Source: an uncultured Lentisphaerota bacterium (GTDB lineage: Bacteria > Verrucomicrobiota > Kiritimatiellia > CAIQIC01). From it: a stretch of DNA of 64,000 nt. Of this stretch, positions 1 to 8,335 are shown in pieces. Location of the stretch: assembly GCA_903896925.1 (NCBI GenBank), contig CAITZM010000081.1, positions 12,111-76,110 on the forward strand. Direction: 5' to 3'. Each line of letters starts with the position of its first letter. Position 1 is the stretch's first letter. The notes beneath the pieces were generated by a model that did no database searches, had not been told where the DNA came from, and was given only the letters and a program-made list of their open reading frames with translations. Both the position numbers and the translations under genes were made by a program.

Positions 1-1055
1 AAGTCAGCTTCGAGCATCGCTCGCCCACGGCGGACGATGTGATCGAGGTCGGCATGATTGATCTGCACGAGAACGACAAATGGATTCCCCTCGGCCAATC
101 CAAGGCGTGGTGCTGGCAACAGGGCTGCATGTTGCAATGGATTCCCGGCACGGAGTCGAAAGTGATCTGGAACGACCGCGAGAAGGACCGCTTCGTCAGC
201 CACATCCTCGATGTCAAAACCGGCGCCAAGCGCACGCTGCCGACGCCCATCTACGCGCTCAGCCCAAACGGCAAGGAGGCCGTGTCCTGCGACTTCGCGC
301 GGGTGGCCGACTGCCGCCCGGGCTACGGCTACGCGGGCATCCGCGACCGCTTTTTCGACGACATGGCGCCCGCGGGCAGCGGCGTCACGTACGTCAATCT
401 GGAGACGGGTGAGTCGAAGCTGATCGTCACGCACAAGCGGTTGGCCACGACCGGCGAGGTCATTCAAAACCATCCCAACTCCAAACACCACGCCTACCAC
501 CTGCTATGCAGCCCGGACGGGAAGCGCTTCATCCTGTTTCACCGCTGGACGCAGCCGAAAGGCGGTCAACTCTCGCGCCTCATCACTGCGAACATGGACG
601 GCAGTGACCTGCGCATCGTCATTCCGAACGGTTACGCCTCGCACTTCATCTGGCGGGATGCCACGCACATCCTCTCGCAGGCCAAAGGCTGGCTGGGCAA
701 CAACGCCTGGGGCGATTTCCTTTTCGAGGACAAGGATTCAGGCATCGTCGCGGAGATCGGCAAAGGCGTGCTCGATGCCGGCGGCCACCTCACCTACCTG
801 CGGCACAACGAGTGGCTCCTCAACGACACCTACCCCCAAGGCCCGCAGCGTTTCCAGACTCCGCATCTCTACCACATCGCGAAGAACCGCCGCATCAACC
901 TCGGCAACTTCCCATTGCCGCGTGAATACACCGGCGAATGGCGCGTGGACACCCACCCGCGCCTCAGCCGCGACGAGCGCTGGGTCTGCCTCGACTCTCC
1001 GCACACCGGCCAAGGTCGTCAACTTCACCTGATCGACATCAGCGGAGTCGCCTAA
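1..1055 (+). CDS. 5'-truncated beta-propeller protein, oligogalacturonide lyase (PL22)-like. The ORF opens at 39 but most likely continues upstream of the window.
   Basis: Uninterrupted frame from the window edge. The C-terminal pattern (RVDTHPRLSRDERWVCLDSPHTGQGRQLHLIDIS) and repeated WxxDGK-like blades are typical of TolB-like / Ogl beta-propellers. Assignment by motif recall only. Confidence 0.4.
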   Translation, partial: VSFEHRSPTADDVIEVGMIDLHENDKWIPLGQSKAWCWQQGCMLQWIPGTESKVIWNDREKDRFVSHILDVKTGAKRTLPTPIYALSPNGKEAVSCDFARVADCRPGYGYAGIRDRFFDDMAPAGSGVTYVNLETGESKLIVTHKRLATTGEVIQNHPNSKHHAYHLLCSPDGKRFILFHRWTQPKGGQLSRLITANMDGSDLRIVIPNGYASHFIWRDATHILSQAKGWLGNNAWGDFLFEDKDSGIVAEIGKGVLDAGGHLTYLRHNEWLLNDTYPQGPQRFQTPHLYHIAKNRRINLGNFPLPREYTGEWRVDTHPRLSRDERWVCLDSPHTGQGRQLHLIDISGVA

Positions 1056-1351
1056 GCGCCCAACCATTGGAGAACTACGGCACGATGACTTCCAATGCTT
1101 GGAACTGACTAATCAAATGCAAACGAAAGAACCACCCGTGAAACACGCCTCCACACTTCTCAGCGCCCTACTGTCGGCTGGGCTCGGTTTACTGTAAAAC
1201 ACATTTTGCGTTGTCACATGTAGGCGGTCATGGCGTAATGCGCAGCCATGCAGCCTGCTCTTCAAAACCACGAGCAAGACCAAAGTCATGATCGCCTGAG
1301 CCCAGCCGGTAGTCTGGTCCCCACCGGCATCAACCACTTACACGATCTCTC

Positions 1352-4174
1352 ATGAAACCCACCCCTACCCTTCTTTCTACCTTGCTGTTGGCGTCGCTGG
1401 GCGCGCTACGCGCGGCCGATTCCGGCGCGACGGCTGTTACCGCGTCTGGCAGCGCAGAGCAACTCGCGGCTCCGGTCAAAATGATCCCCGTCTCCTCGTG
1501 GCATCTGTTCCCCGCCACGGAGGGAACGAGTACGGCCTCCTGTGTGGTGGAAGGCAACACCATCAAACTGGCCTGGCAGGACAGCATCGCCGCAGAATGT
1601 GAACTCGGGTCACTCATCAATAACCGGCTCTACACTCTCGAAGGTCGGGCGCTCGCCCGCGAGTCGGGTGCGAAACTGACGCTGGTGATCAAGCAGTTCG
1701 ATACCAAATATCCAGTGGCAGAAAAACCCGATACCACGACAGAACTGACGGTGAACGGATCGCCGGACGGTTCACAGTTCGCCGTTCCTTTCTATCTGCG
1801 TACGCCTAACACCAAGGTGACGATCTCCATCCAGGCACGCGGTGTGGCGAATGCGGTGTCCGTCAGCAATGTATTTGTGCGCGGGGGTGGCCCTTATGTG
1901 TCACCATTTACTGGTACAACACCCGAAAAGTTCGAGGTCCATGATGTGCGGATCAAGGAAACGTTGGCCGGACGGACATGGGAACAGGCGGAAATCACTT
2001 CCGAAAAGGGCACGGTCAGCTTGTGCATCGCCGGGAAACCGGTGCCCCGGTTTTTCTACAATGGACTCAAGCTGGGAGAAGGGGCCGGACACTACGGTCT
2101 ATTTGCCGAAAAAGGCGTTCATCTGCTCTCGATCAACACCGATTTTGTATCAAGTGAGGTCTGGAAGGCACGCGGCCAGTACGACTTCGCTGTCATCGAG
2201 CGCGCGATCAAACGGGTGCTGGCTGTTGATCCTCAAGCACGAATCATTCTCGGCGTCTGGGCCGACACCTATCCCATGTGGAGCGTGGAGAACCCGGACG
2301 ATGTCTGCGCCAACACAGCCGGGCTGAAAGCGATCGGCGACGCGCATTTCAAAAAGTGGGGCACCGACTCGGGAAAGCTACGTTTTCTACCTTCGGTGTT
2401 TTCCACGAAGGCGCAGCACGATGTCGGCGAAATGCTCGCCCGGATTGACGAGTGGACAGACACGCACGAACTCGGCAAGGCCGTGGTCGGATATTATCTT
2501 TGGGGCTTCAATGACGCGGATTTCGGGCACTGGGTTCATCCCGCCACCTCCGGCGGGGAAAAGGACCTCGATGACTACTCGCCCGCCGCGCGGAAGGCGT
2601 TTCAGGTCTGGTTGAAAAAGAAATACGGCGATGATCGCGCCGCGCTGAGCCGTGCGTGGGGCCGTGCCGACCTGTCGTTCGAGGCCGTAACGCTGCCCAC
2701 TCCCGAACGTCGCCGCGTGAAAGCTGGCGACCTGTTTCCCTGGCTGGGACCGTCGGAGCAGGATGTGCGCGACTTCAACCAATTCTACGGCGAGGCGCCG
2801 GGTGTGTTGCTGGATGGAATCACCTCCCAACTGCGCGCCCAGATGAAGCGGAAGAAAATCGTGGTCACGCATTTCGGAAATGTCATGCACGGCTGGCGAG
2901 GCTATGTCGGCTTGGGGAAAATGATCGACGCTCCCGGCATCAATTGCCTTACGGCCACTTCCGACTACGGCGTTCGTTGGCCGGGCTATACCGGAGGATT
3001 CGACTCGCTGCCCGACAGCCTCAGGCTCAACGGGAAGGCCTTCTTTCACGAGTTCGACTACCGGGCCTTCACAAGCCGGAAAAAGGGCCCGGAGGCCTGG
3101 GACTTCGGTGTGGGGCGTGCCAAGGATGCGGCTGCTCATCAGGCCATGTTCCTGCGCGAGGCGGGGAATCTGGCGGCACACGGCCAGGGCATCTATTGCT
3201 TTGATTTGGATCAACCCAGCTATGCGGATGCCGGTATCATGAACGGCGTCGCCAAGGGCTATCAGCTCTTTACCGCACTGGCCGATGTGCGCGACGCCCC
3301 GGAAGCGGACGTGGCCCTGTTCGTCAATGAGCAGAGCGTCAGTTCGCTGTGTGAGGATCCGGAATCATCGCGTTTTCTGATGCGCCTGACGCGCCGCCAT
3401 CGGCCGCAATGGGATACCTCCGGCGTGCCGTATCATGTCTATCTGCAACGCGACATCACCAACCAGCGCCTGCCCGACTACAAGGTTTATGTCTTCCTCC
3501 TGCCGCAGGCCATCAGCCCGGCAGAACTCAAGGCCATCAATGCCTTGAAGCGGGATGGGCACACGCTGGTCTTCCTCCATGCACCCGACTTGTTGAACAA
3601 CACGGCTGCACCGACCGAGTCGCTCTCCGCGATTTTGGAGATGAACGTCATCCGGTTAGCTGGTCCGCAGCCTCTCGCCGGCGTCTGGCGCCAGTCGGAG
3701 CATCCGCTCGTGAAGAATCTGTCGGACCGCTTCGGCGACCGGCCGATTCCGTGGGCGTTCACCGACCGTGAAAGCCGCGGACTGGCCTTTGCCGTTGCGG
3801 ACAAGGCGGCCGTCCCACTTGCGGAATACCGGGACTCGGCGGACATCGCCTGCGCCGTGAAGGAGTTTCCAGAATGGCGCTGCGTATTCATGGGCGTTCC
3901 GTGGCTGGAAGCGCAATTCATGGCCAACCTTGCGCGCACCGCCAGCGCCTGGCGGGCAGGCGAGCCGCACGACGCGGTGTTCGCCAACCAGCACTTGATC
4001 ACCATCCATGCCCTGTCCGCCGGGAAGAAAGCGCTCACTCCTCGCCAGCCTTCTAAGATTACCGATGCTATCACTGGTGAAGTGATCGCCGAAAAGGCCG
4101 GTGAATTCACCGTGGAGATGCCCTTTGGAGAAACACGCGTGTTTCGCACCGAAGCCCAGCCCTTTTCACGATAG
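1352..4174 (+). CDS. secreted glycoside hydrolase, GH42 (beta-galactosidase)-like, 940 aa
   Basis: N-terminal signal peptide (MKPTPTLLSTLLLASLGALRAA). The central stretch DYSPAARKAFQVWLKKKYG..AALSRAWG resembles the GH42 catalytic-domain signature. Long uninterrupted ORF next to a pectin-lyase-like gene. Confidence 0.5.
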   Translation: MKPTPTLLSTLLLASLGALRAADSGATAVTASGSAEQLAAPVKMIPVSSWHLFPATEGTSTASCVVEGNTIKLAWQDSIAAECELGSLINNRLYTLEGRALARESGAKLTLVIKQFDTKYPVAEKPDTTTELTVNGSPDGSQFAVPFYLRTPNTKVTISIQARGVANAVSVSNVFVRGGGPYVSPFTGTTPEKFEVHDVRIKETLAGRTWEQAEITSEKGTVSLCIAGKPVPRFFYNGLKLGEGAGHYGLFAEKGVHLLSINTDFVSSEVWKARGQYDFAVIERAIKRVLAVDPQARIILGVWADTYPMWSVENPDDVCANTAGLKAIGDAHFKKWGTDSGKLRFLPSVFSTKAQHDVGEMLARIDEWTDTHELGKAVVGYYLWGFNDADFGHWVHPATSGGEKDLDDYSPAARKAFQVWLKKKYGDDRAALSRAWGRADLSFEAVTLPTPERRRVKAGDLFPWLGPSEQDVRDFNQFYGEAPGVLLDGITSQLRAQMKRKKIVVTHFGNVMHGWRGYVGLGKMIDAPGINCLTATSDYGVRWPGYTGGFDSLPDSLRLNGKAFFHEFDYRAFTSRKKGPEAWDFGVGRAKDAAAHQAMFLREAGNLAAHGQGIYCFDLDQPSYADAGIMNGVAKGYQLFTALADVRDAPEADVALFVNEQSVSSLCEDPESSRFLMRLTRRHRPQWDTSGVPYHVYLQRDITNQRLPDYKVYVFLLPQAISPAELKAINALKRDGHTLVFLHAPDLLNNTAAPTESLSAILEMNVIRLAGPQPLAGVWRQSEHPLVKNLSDRFGDRPIPWAFTDRESRGLAFAVADKAAVPLAEYRDSADIACAVKEFPEWRCVFMGVPWLEAQFMANLARTASAWRAGEPHDAVFANQHLITIHALSAGKKALTPRQPSKITDAITGEVIAEKAGEFTVEMPFGETRVFRTEAQPFSR

Positions 4175-4395
4175 CCGAAGCAAGAATTTACCCGAAAGGA
4201 AAACAACCCATGAACTCTGTCGAACGGGTCCACACGGCCCTCAAACTCGGCGTCTTCGTCGCCTTGCTGCTGGCGACGTGGGACAGCTTCGGGATCTGCT
4301 AGGAGCTTTTTATGGAGAACACCTCTATGACAACGTGGTCACTGGAACGCCCCAACCGTGGAATTTCTAAAGAAAATTGCCCGTATCTTTCCACG

Positions 4396-4447
4396 GCGAA
4401 AGAAAAAGTCACCCGGCGGCCGTCACGAAAGTGACGGTCGCCGGGTG
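4396..4447 (-). terminator. rho-independent terminator for the minus-strand regulator gene ending at 4457
   Basis: 17-bp near-perfect inverted repeat (CACCCGGCGGCCGTCAC GAAA GTGACGGTCGCCGGGTG, one mismatch) at 4410-4447. On the minus strand it is followed by a U-rich tract (ACUUUUUCUUUCG). Confidence 0.6.
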
Positions 4448-4456
4448 CATCAACCC

Positions 4457-5098
4457 TTACATCGCTCGTGCTGCCCGTAGCCCGGCCCGCCAGGCCGGCA
4501 ACCGGCCGACCTCGCGCACCAGGCTTGCTCCCCAGCAGCCGTTGAGCTTCCGCCCGATCCGCCGCTTGGCCTGCGTCACCGCCGGCGCGCTGACCTGGCA
4601 ACTGAACGCGATCTCGTTGGTGCCACGGCCTTCCACCAGCGCCTGCAGCACCTTGAGCTCGCGGATGGTCAGCAGCGGCTCGATCAGCGACCAGTCGATG
4701 TCGCGCGCCGCCAACGTAGCAGCATCCTCGCCATCCGATGCCAGCAGGTCGCCGAACGTCAACTCCTCGCCGGCCTCGTCATGCGCCGGGGCCTCCATAT
4801 CGGCCATGACCACCTGCTTGTCGAGTGTGGCGCCGGGGCACATGGCGTCCATCCTGCCTGCGTACTGCGACCGATGGCCGGATTTGAGCCGCTGGATCGT
4901 GTAGTAGGCCACGCTCCTGGGCATCAGCTCCTTACCCTGGTTCTCCAACACCTCGATGGCCTGGGCGGCCATGCACATGCCGTCCTGTACCAGCTCTTCG
5001 GGGTCTTCCGCTCCGGTGGTCTTCACTGCCTGCGGCACCACCGCGATCAGCATCGGCTGGATGACGTCCAGCAACAGCTCGCCTGCTCTTGGGCTCAT
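4457..5098 (-). CDS. sigma-70 region-4 / LuxR-type HTH regulator, 213 aa, island-encoded
   Basis: C-terminal segment ELKVLQALVEGRGTNEIAFSCQVSAPAVTQAKRRIGRKL fits the region-4 / LuxR HTH pattern. Dedicated upstream promoter and downstream terminator. Paralogous segment at 7715-8335. Confidence 0.5.
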   Translation of the reverse strand: MSPRAGELLLDVIQPMLIAVVPQAVKTTGAEDPEELVQDGMCMAAQAIEVLENQGKELMPRSVAYYTIQRLKSGHRSQYAGRMDAMCPGATLDKQVVMADMEAPAHDEAGEELTFGDLLASDGEDAATLAARDIDWSLIEPLLTIRELKVLQALVEGRGTNEIAFSCQVSAPAVTQAKRRIGRKLNGCWGASLVREVGRLPAWRAGLRAARAM

Positions 5099-5195
5099 AC
5101 GCCCTCCTGAAATGCAGACGGCCCCACGCGGCCGCCAAGGTTGGTTGGTCGGCCGGCGTGGGCGGCAGGAGGCGAGTGCTAACCCGACTCAGGCT

Positions 5196-5225
5196 ATTAT
5201 GCCGGGGTAACACATGACGGTTTAA
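5196..5225 (-). promoter_or_regulatory. sigma70-like promoter copy 1 (minus strand: TTAAAC, 18-nt spacer, CATAAT)
   Basis: Plus strand reads ..tattatgccggggtaacacatgacggtttaagc... The reverse complement gives TTAAAC-N18-CATAAT about 95 nt upstream of the start codon at 5098. The same module recurs at 7482-7509 and 7575-7602. Confidence 0.45.
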
Positions 5226-5267
5226 GCAGCAGGTGGCGTGGCGTCTGCGGGCCGTCTGTGAGACGGC

Positions 5268-5295
5268 GGGGGGGGCTCCGGCCGGCGCCCCCCCC
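5268..5295. repeat. G8-N12-C8 homopolymer hairpin between two island transcription units
   Basis: GGGGGGGG CTCCGGCCGGCG CCCCCCCC. It sits just after the stop (5305) of the upstream minus-strand operon and before promoter copy 1. No U-tract follows. Confidence 0.4.
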
Positions 5296-5304
5296 CCGCG
5301 CGGT

Positions 5305-5748
5305 TCACGCCGCCGCGCGCAGCTTGAGCTCATCCACCAGGGCGCTCGCCTGCTTGCGGTCGAGCGCGTAGAGGTCGGCGACGCCGAAGTACTGGTGCAC
5401 CTCGGCGTTGAGCTGGCTGAGCGACAGGTCCTGGCGCTCGGCCAGGTCGCGGATGAACCGGAGCTGCTTGGCGCTCGCCTGTTCGGCCGGCCTGCCGACC
5501 GGCACAGCCGCCGCCGGAGCCGCCGGTGGCGCCGCGGGCTGGGCCGCCGTGGGCGCGGCCTGGCCGTGGAGCTCGGTCTCCACCGCCTGCCGCACGAGTG
5601 CGAACGTCTGGCGCATGCGCTCCTGGACCTCCCCGGGCTGGAGCGCGTCGGGGAGCTCGAGCTCCACGGCGGCGTGGTAGCTCTGCGAGCTGAACTCCTG
5701 CCCCGGCACGGGGACTTTCTTGCTGTAGCTGGCACTGAGCTTGAGCAT
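5305..5748 (-). CDS. hypothetical protein, 147 aa, with an Ala/Pro-rich linker and conserved C-terminal helix (KQLRFIRDLAERQDLSLSQLNAEVHQYFG)
   Basis: Clean ORF, start 11 nt after the preceding 70-aa ORF. The architecture resembles small plasmid/phage-associated proteins. No family assigned. Confidence 0.45.
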   Translation of the reverse strand: MLKLSASYSKKVPVPGQEFSSQSYHAAVELELPDALQPGEVQERMRQTFALVRQAVETELHGQAAPTAAQPAAPPAAPAAAVPVGRPAEQASAKQLRFIRDLAERQDLSLSQLNAEVHQYFGVADLYALDRKQASALVDELKLRAAA

Positions 5749-5758
5749 GGGTGTCTCC

Positions 5759-5971
5759 TCAGGGCGCCAGCGCCAGGGTCGGCGCAGGCGGCCGCCGCCG
5801 CACCTGCTGCGCGTGGGTATCTTCGGCCTCGCCCAACGCCTGAGGGGCGAGGTGTTCGGCCACCAGGGCCGTCCGCAGCGGGCCGGAGGCCGTGATGGTC
5901 ATCCGGAGCTTCCGGCCGCTGTCGAGGCGCGCGCCCCGGGCGACGGCCAGCACTACGTGATACGTGTTCAT
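5759..5971 (-). CDS. small hypothetical protein, 70 aa
   Basis: Compact ORF between the clamp-homolog gene and the 147-aa gene on the same strand. Weak support only. Confidence 0.25.
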   Translation of the reverse strand: MNTYHVVLAVARGARLDSGRKLRMTITASGPLRTALVAEHLAPQALGEAEDTHAQQVRRRPPAPTLALAP

Positions 5972-6121
5972 GGGTTCCTTGGGGTGGGGTTGGTCTGCAC
6001 AGCGGCTGCACCGCAGCCGGCGGCGGCCGCCGCCGTGGTGGGCCCGCGTGCGGGCTGGCTGCGGCTGGCTACAAGGCCCAGGGCCACCGGGGTCAACCGG
6101 CGGCCCGTGGGGTGGGGTGGG

Positions 6122-7270
6122 CTAGCGTCCCGGCTGGGGGCGCCGGGGCTGGCCGGGTGTCGGCTGGGAGGCGGGGCTGCGCAGCGGCATCAGCACATGG
6201 AGGCCGCCCTGCCGGTCACGGCTGTACAGCGGGCCCTGCCCATCCGCCCAGCGGAACGCACGGAACCCTGCGGCCAGCGCGGCCAGCAGGTAGGTGCGGT
6301 CCACGCTGAGGTGGGCGGTGTGCGGTTCGAGCGTGCTGCTGGGGAGCCGCAGGCTGGTGGACGGTGGCGCGGGGTCCCCTGCGCGGCTCACCACGACGGC
6401 GCCCGCCTGCCGGTGGAGCGTCACCCCGGCAGGCTCGAGCTCCTGCCCTGTGAACAGCGGGAGCGCCTCGGTCAGCAGTCCGGCATCCGCCTCGCTGATG
6501 GTCAGCACCCACGCCCCTGCGGACGGTGGGATGACCTGGCGCCAGTGCGGGAAGGTGCCGCCGATGGTGCGCACCTGGTAATCCCAGCGGAGCGTCACCA
6601 GCCGGAACCAGCCGCCCGCCTGGTCGGCCGAGTACCCGACCTGCAGCTCCGTGGGCGTGAGCTCGGTCCAGAGCAGGAACTGGCTCGCCGGGACAATGCA
6701 GCTGGTGCGGAACGGCTGGCGGACCGTGTTGAAGGCGCTCAGGCGCCGGCCATCCGTGGCCACGACGTAGTCCCCCTCCGCGCTGCTGTCGAGATACAGG
6801 CCGCCCAGGCTAGGTCGGGACGTGTCGCGCGACGCGAACGGCGCGGCTTTGCGCAGGTGGCCGAGCAAGGCGGGATCGACCGCGCCGACCTCGGGCTTGG
6901 GCGGCAGCAGCGGCCACTCGTCCAGTGGGGTGGCCGTCACCTCGCGGCTGAGCCGCTGGCCGGCGAAGGTCTGGGTGAGTTGGAGGCGGTGGTCTACGGA
7001 GCCAAGCTCGACGGCTTCCGCTCCCCGGCCGTGGGCCAGGCGGCTGAGCTCCGTGAACGGCACGAGGGTCTCACCCGCGGTTTGGATGTGGGCTGATCCG
7101 CAGCGGTAGGCCAGCACGCTGTCGAGATCGGTCGCGGTAAGTGTGAGCCGGCCTGGGTAGGCGCTGAGCCTTACGAGTTGGAACACTGGCAGGGTGGTTT
7201 TAGGGGGCACGACCTTGGACAGGCCGGCCAGGGCGTCACGCAACTCGTGACGCGGGAGTGTTATTTTCAT
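6122..7270 (-). CDS. DNA polymerase III beta sliding-clamp (DnaN) homolog, divergent. Alternative upstream ATG at 7471 would add a 67-aa Pro-rich extension.
   Basis: MKITLPRHELRDALAGLSKVVPPKTTLPVFQLVRL..LTLTATDLD matches the DnaN N-terminus. Later blocks match too: YVVATDGRRLSA corresponds to VATDGHRLAV, GGTFPHWRQVIPP to DGRFPDYRRVLP, and HVLMPLRS to VVMPMRL. Length about 383 aa is clamp-like. Confidence 0.65.
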   Translation of the reverse strand: MKITLPRHELRDALAGLSKVVPPKTTLPVFQLVRLSAYPGRLTLTATDLDSVLAYRCGSAHIQTAGETLVPFTELSRLAHGRGAEAVELGSVDHRLQLTQTFAGQRLSREVTATPLDEWPLLPPKPEVGAVDPALLGHLRKAAPFASRDTSRPSLGGLYLDSSAEGDYVVATDGRRLSAFNTVRQPFRTSCIVPASQFLLWTELTPTELQVGYSADQAGGWFRLVTLRWDYQVRTIGGTFPHWRQVIPPSAGAWVLTISEADAGLLTEALPLFTGQELEPAGVTLHRQAGAVVVSRAGDPAPPSTSLRLPSSTLEPHTAHLSVDRTYLLAALAAGFRAFRWADGQGPLYSRDRQGGLHVLMPLRSPASQPTPGQPRRPQPGR

Positions 7271-7481
7271 GGGTTTCCTGGGGTTGGAGGTGGCGGCGCC
7301 CTTGGTCTGGCGCACAGCTTCGGCGCTGAGCCGGGTGCTGGGCACCCGGCGGGGAGGGCCTGCGCGGACGCCGTGCAGGCGCCGCAAGTCTTCCTCCGAC
7401 AGGGCGGCGGCGGGCCCGGGGAAATACGGCATCAGGCTCCTTGGGTGGGAGTGTGGTGACGGGTTAAACATCCGTCATCTT

Positions 7482-7509
7482 ATTATGCCGGGGTAGGGGG
7501 GTGTTTTAA
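7482..7509 (-). promoter_or_regulatory. sigma70-like promoter copy 2 (TTAAAA-N16-CATAAT) immediately upstream of the clamp-homolog ORF
   Basis: Reverse complement of cttattatgccggggtaggggggtgttttaag. The -10 element ends about 10 nt before the ATG at 7471. This gives either a leaderless transcript from 7471 or an approximately 200-nt leader for the ATG at 7270. Confidence 0.45.
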
Positions 7510-7574
7510 GCGGTGGGGCTTCTGCGGAGGGATCCCTGCTGGTACGCCGGTCAGGGCGTGGTTGCTACCGTAGT

Positions 7575-7602
7575 ATTATGCCGCGGCAAGACGGGCTTTT
7601 AA
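7575..7602 (-). promoter_or_regulatory. sigma70-like promoter copy 3 (TTAAAA-N16-CATAAT), tandem with copy 2
   Basis: Reverse complement of agtattatgccgcggcaagacgggcttttaagg. It lies 93 bp upstream of copy 2 and shares the TATTATGCCG(G/C)GG core. Confidence 0.4.
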
Positions 7603-7714
7603 GGCAGGGCGGAGCAGCGGCCTGCCGGCCCTCTCTGGTAGCTACAGACCGCAGAGCCCCGCTTGGCCGTCCCGCTCGGTCGCGGGCGCCACGGGCCGCA
7701 GAGTCGGCGTGATG

Positions 7715-8335
7715 CTACACCGGAACTCCTTGTGCGGTTCCGCTGCTTGGAACTAAGGCGGCCCAGGCCTTTCGAACTGTGGGGCCGCGGTGTTGCACGC
7801 AGCCAAGCGCCAAGAAAAACAGGCCGACCGCGCCGAGCGCAAGGCTGATGAGCCGCAGTACTTTTTGTTTTGTCAGGGCCGCAAGCGCCCCGAGCGCCCT
7901 GGCGATTTGAAAGGGCGTGACGCTTTTCGCGGGCGTGTTGTGGCGCTGCACAGGCCACGCGGACGACGCTCTCCAGCAGCCGCTGATCTTCCGTCCGCTC
8001 CGCCGCCTGGCCTGGGTGACCGCCGGCGCCGCCACCTGACCGCCGCACGCGCTCTCGCTGGTGCCGGGGCCCGCTACCAAGGCCGGCAGCACCTGTTGCT
8101 CGCGCTCGCTCAGCCCCGGCCGCAGTCCCTGGCGTAGCTGAGGGCGCGCCACGCCGTTCCCTCGGCCTAGCTGCCGGGCTTGCTCCCGGGGGCCTGTTTC
8201 GGCGGCTGTTGCGCCGCCCACAGCAGCCCGGCGGCCTGGGCCAGCAGGCCTGGTTTTCGGGTTGCCAGGGGGCGCGCCCCGAACCGCCGCTGCCGCGGCC
8301 GCCCCCTGGCCGGTGGCCGCACCTGGCCGGCGCAC
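7715..8335 (-). CDS. degenerate paralog of the region-4/LuxR HTH protein, with a C-terminal hydrophobic segment and a low-complexity N-terminus. Possibly frameshifted or pseudogenised.
   Basis: QVAAPAVTQARRRSGRKISGCWRAS aligns with QVSAPAVTQAKRRIGRKLNGCWGAS of the 4457-5098 protein. The ORF overlaps the 8167-8817 ORF by 169 nt in another frame. The Gly/Ala-rich N-terminus looks like a frame artefact. Confidence 0.3.
   Translation of the reverse strand: MRRPGAATGQGAAAAAAVRGAPPGNPKTRPAGPGRRAAVGGATAAETGPREQARQLGRGNGVARPQLRQGLRPGLSEREQQVLPALVAGPGTSESACGGQVAAPAVTQARRRSGRKISGCWRASSAWPVQRHNTPAKSVTPFQIARALGALAALTKQKVLRLISLALGAVGLFFLALGCVQHRGPTVRKAWAALVPSSGTAQGVPV

Noticed and set aside
4210-4302. 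30-codon ORF (MNSVERVHTALKLGVFVALLLATWDSFGIC) with an AAGGAA-like ribosome-binding site, between the GH42-like gene and the island terminator
   Set aside because: Too short to support without conservation or expression data. Could be a small membrane peptide, but chance ORFs of this size are common.
5741-7096. 451-aa plus-strand ORF antisense to the clamp-homolog gene
   Set aside because: Arg/Gly/Ala-rich low-complexity translation typical of an out-of-frame read through high-GC coding DNA. No recognisable domain. The minus-strand DnaN-like frame explains the region.
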